A stretch of 64,000 nt of DNA from Raillietiella orientalis (lineage: Eukaryota), in the NCBI GenBank assembly GCA_036172245.1, contig JAYWIR010000003.1, forward strand, positions 3,968,001 to 4,032,000. The letters run 5' to 3'. The notes under the pieces are model-generated. The model was not told the origin of the DNA. It saw only the letters and a list, made by a program, of their open reading frames with translations, and did no database searches. This document shows positions 60,421 through 64,000 of this stretch, one piece after another. Each line of letters opens with the position of its first letter. Positions within the stretch are counted from its first letter, which is position 1. A program made the translations under genes and the position numbers.

Positions 60421-61690
60421 CTTTTGGAGCTTCTACAATCTGACTCACGTTTCCCATCCTCTCAGCGCTTTCCTCCAGAGAGTAAAACCTCGAAAAAAGG
60501 AAAGCAAGCCGTAACGAAGCGATGCATCCGATGCCAAAACGTGGCACCGTTCTTCTCACAGCTCCTTGTGTGCTCTTCCTTTCCCACTTTAGGTTCCCAT
60601 GCCCCTCGCGGCACGCCGCTCCAGTCGGCACTCTGACACTTTTGTGGCTGTTAAGTGCTACCAGAAGAGCAAAGAATTGCTTGCCCACAACAAGGTTAGC
60701 TAGGTGCACGCTAAAAGACAAACGCGGGCGCAGACACATATTCTCATCATTTTCCTTCTAATTCTTCTTCCATCAAGTCTTTCGTCAACAACTTCACGTT
60801 ATCTGATCATATTTGAACCAAAAAAAAAAAACAGATACGGCACTCCGGCCGCCCATTTCTTCCCCCAAACGCTTACTTGCACGAACCGTTCATTCGTTGC
60901 TGTCTTCTGTTCCTCGGGATCCATCTATTCGCCGAGTTCCCCGAATGCCCTGTCATTTATATTGAGCCGAGTTCGAATTCCTGCGTCTCCCTTGAGTGCA
61001 AACTTATCTTTAACTGCGGAATCATCACGTGTTCCCCATAAAGTGAAACATGACACCGAACACCCCGAAATGCCTCTTGATGAACCGCAAAAGGAATGTT
61101 CCACGAAGCCACGGTATCTCAGTGCAGCTTGACTAAGTGCCCCGACGCGCTTCCGATGGAGCCATCAAAAGCCTCTGCCCCTGAAAACAGATCGGGCCGA
61201 AAATTTGTCAGGCTATCCCGGCTCTCGGGAAGTCTGTTTCGAGGAGGCCCGTGGAAGCGATGCGTGTTCCGGGAGCGAAGCCACTCGACACCACTCGGAA
61301 TCCCTCGGAATAGTGGGAGGCTTTTATTTCTGTCCTCAGCGCGCCCATTTTCTATTCCCCCGATTCTGGTTTCCGTACACGCATGTACGCTTTCCGGCCG
61401 ACGCGTGCTTTGCAGCTTCGACGCCTTTTCTCATCTTTTCCACTATCAGAGTTACCACACCTTCACTTGCACCCCTCATAGGTCCAATTTCCATGATAAT
61501 TCTGTGGCACTGAGGCGATTGCCCTGGATGGCCTGGTCGTTATTATTTACATCCGAAGTGTTTTATGAATTATCTCTCACCGATAGGCAAGCTGAAGGAG
61601 TAATTGCAGCTCGTTCCCCCGCATGTTCCGCGTTATACGAGCCCTATGGGTTATACACGTAAAAACATAAGGGTATCTGCGCAAGATGTA

Positions 61691-62035
61691 CGAGGCGCAT
61701 CTCGAAAGTAAGGGCGAATCGGATACAAAGAAAGAACAAATAAGAGAAGCAAAAATGTATCGGTGCTTCTAAACACGTACAATCCCCGTGTCACTTTTCT
61801 ACTAGTCGCCATCCTTCTCCAAACACTTTTGATACCGTGGAAGAAGCTTTTTGGAACTCTCTGCATGAAATTCCGCCGCCCGGGGGGCTCAGCCAGTTCA
61901 GCAGCACTGCAGTTTTCAACTCCTCGCCTTCCCCCTAGCATCCCTGAGCCACTTCTGGAGGTGCAGGAAGACGTGGTAGCCGCTGGACGCGAGGTCAGCA
62001 CTGTAAGGTGGGTGGGTGATCAAAAAGTCCTCGTT
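61691..62035 (-). mobile_element. mariner transposon 3' remnant with terminal inverted repeat
   Basis: Minus strand reads HPPYSADLASSGYHVFLHLQKWL (YSPDLAPSD motif) and KLLPRYQKCLEKDGD. Terminus TA|CGAGGCGCATCTCGAAAGTAAGG at 61689 resembles mariner TIRs. Confidence 0.8.
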
Positions 62036-62044
62036 TGAACTTCC

Positions 62045-62310
62045 GCATTGTCTGGCATGCGCGGGCAGCAGCGTGCGTATGCCCTTTTGGTGGACTTTGT
62101 GGATCCTGGGACAACCATCACTTCGCAGTTCCACTGTGGAGCACTTTCGAAACTGCGGCGTGCCATTCCGAACTGATGACGTGGAGTGTTCAGGAATTGT
62201 TCCTATCCTTCTCCAAAACGCGCCCCTTGGCAACGCATGCTGTCCAGCACATTCCAGGCAATCCAGGAATTCGGATGGGAACTTTTCGATCACCCAGCTC
62301 ACAGTCCTGG
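62045..62310 (+). mobile_element. mariner transposase central fragment, inverted relative to the adjacent 3' fragment
   Basis: LLVDFVDPGTTITSQFHCGALSKLRRAIPN*...ILLQNAP (HDNA-like)...QEFGWELFDHPAHSP. Confidence 0.75.
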
Positions 62311-64000
62311 CCGGAGATTTGATGGAAGCGGAATCGAACCATCCCGAACCGTGTGTTCGTGTTCTCCCTGAAAGCAGGTCAGCTGCTTTCAGGGAGAACT
62401 GGGAGCTGTCACGGCAAGCCGCGAGGCACGCGACCGGCTCTGAGGTACTTAGCGAACCAAAAAAAAAGGAAAACTCTTAAAAAAAAAAAAAAAGCTGGAA
62501 GGAAAACAGCGAAGACAGAAGAAAAAGGAGAACCCAAGGATTTCCATCGTCCTAGGCCAAAATAGTAACGATCTCCTCGTGGGGTCGCTACTCGCCTTTA
62601 AAAAAACAAAAACAAAAGCAGCTGACCTGCAACACTGCGCTTCAAGACGAAAATTCACCCTTGCCGCCGTTTTTTTTTTTTTTTTTTCCTTCTGTGTGTA
62701 CGTGCGTGCGTGCGTGTGTGTCTTTTGCGCCACGTTGTTCGCGGTGCGGACCGCATTCGCGTATTGGTGTTTCTTCACTCTGGATGCTGCCACCGAGCCC
62801 TTCAGCTCTCACCTAATCACGAGATGATGGTGATGAGCATTGAGCGGGTGGAAATTGCACTTCGGGGAGGAACCAACTTTGAGGTCGTCCGCCGGCAGCC
62901 GCGGCATGCCGTGCCAGCCAGTGGTTGGAAAGGAAGGAAGGAAGGAAGAATCGGCGGCTCTCTCCCTGCCTCGAACACCCAGCTAGACGCGCACTTGGCT
63001 TCCCGGAATGCTCTTGGATGAACCTCCCAAGGGAAACGGGCGTGTCCTTTTGGAAAGACTCGTTCCGTTCCCCGAAAGGCGCTGCAAAAAGCAGCCGGTG
63101 GGAAAGTTCAGCAGCCACTCGTGTGAGAAGAACCGCTTGAGCCGAACCCGACCTTCGACATAACCTTGCGGTGAACCCAGAAGCGTTTCGATTTCCGCCG
63201 CCATCTCAGTTTTTCGAGCTGGGGGAAGAATTTCTGGAAGATAATTGCTCCCGAAGCGTCCAAATCCCTCAAAAGTTCCGACGACCCCGGTTACAATCGC
63301 AATTCATCAATCATCACAATCATCTCTATTAAAAACAAGGCCATTTTTTCCACGAGGAGACATCAGCTGTATTGATCACAATGTGGACGGGCGGGCAGCG
63401 AACTTTGGAGCCGGGGTTGTTCCCGAAAAGCGATTTGCACCTTGGGGAGACAATGCCGTTGCGGAGCGCCGAAGCGCCGCCACGGGCCACGGAAGGTCTC
63501 CCGAGTATCCCGACAAAGAAGAACCCCCGGGTCAGAGGAGAAATGCCTCCGCTTCCGTCTTAGAAGAGAATTCGCAACCAGAGTCGCGCTCCGAGTTTTG
63601 GCCGCTTGCTAGGAGATCATGGGGGTAGGGAGGGAGTAGACCAGAAATTCCTTCCGGAATCCCTCGTTCCGAGCCTGCGCAATGAGCGACCGAAGAGGAT
63701 GGGGCTGAGGCTGGTGATTGCAGCTGGGAACGGGCGAGGCGAAGAGCTTAAGGAGTCGACCCCCCTTCTCGTGGATGCAGTGATGGATGGGGGTCGGGTC
63801 CATTGCAGAAGCTTCCTGAAACCCGGCAGATGGAGGACGAAACTCGAATCCGCTTCCCAGAGGAGATAAGCGCTTGCTGCAACCGTCGCTCGGTCTGCCT
63901 CTTCCTAATTGCCGCCATCCCATAGAGTTTAGATGGGATCGATAGAATCTTGTTCTCGCTCTCGCGATTGCCCTGATTCACCAGATAAGTAGATAAAATG

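Noticed and set aside
1..64000. Hundreds of 60-380 aa ORFs in the six-frame track (e.g. 29..811, 9042..9953, 13118..14257, 13660..14679, 15529..16563)
   Set aside because: Arg/Gly/Pro/Ser-rich translations overlapping in all frames are expected from GC-rich low-complexity DNA. No domains are recognisable apart from eve and transposon remnants.

Overview
Eukaryotic (animal) genomic DNA, not prokaryotic: no rRNA, intact tRNA, CRISPR array or operon is visible, and nearly all ORFs in the supplied track are noise from GC-rich, low-complexity sequence. One gene is confidently identifiable: a 3-exon even-skipped/Evx homeobox gene on the + strand (join 12132-12276, 13018-13184, 13262-13828; 292 aa). 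It has an intron at homeodomain codon 46/47, a poly-Ala tract and a C-terminal LFRPY motif. Its first intron is almost filled by a ~160-bp minisatellite, and it lies in a GC/CpG-rich, apparently transposon-poor block with clustered Caudal-, homeodomain-, TCF-, Gli- and Hox/Pbx-like motifs. The rest is mostly decayed mobile DNA: many Jockey/CR1-like LINE fragments, three copies of an L1/Tx1-like LINE 3' end, three copies of a ~600-bp tRNA-headed SINE (one split by an L1-like insertion with a target-site duplication), two mariner remnants and a piggyBac-like MITE. A housekeeping-type promoter at ~30.3-30.7 kb precedes exon-like segments with no recognisable product. I found no convincing novel biological system. 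The best leads are a possible SINE/Pol III-element target preference of the L1-like family, the eve intronic minisatellite and the divergent Eve homeodomain. All alignments and translations were done by eye, and repeat boundaries are approximate.
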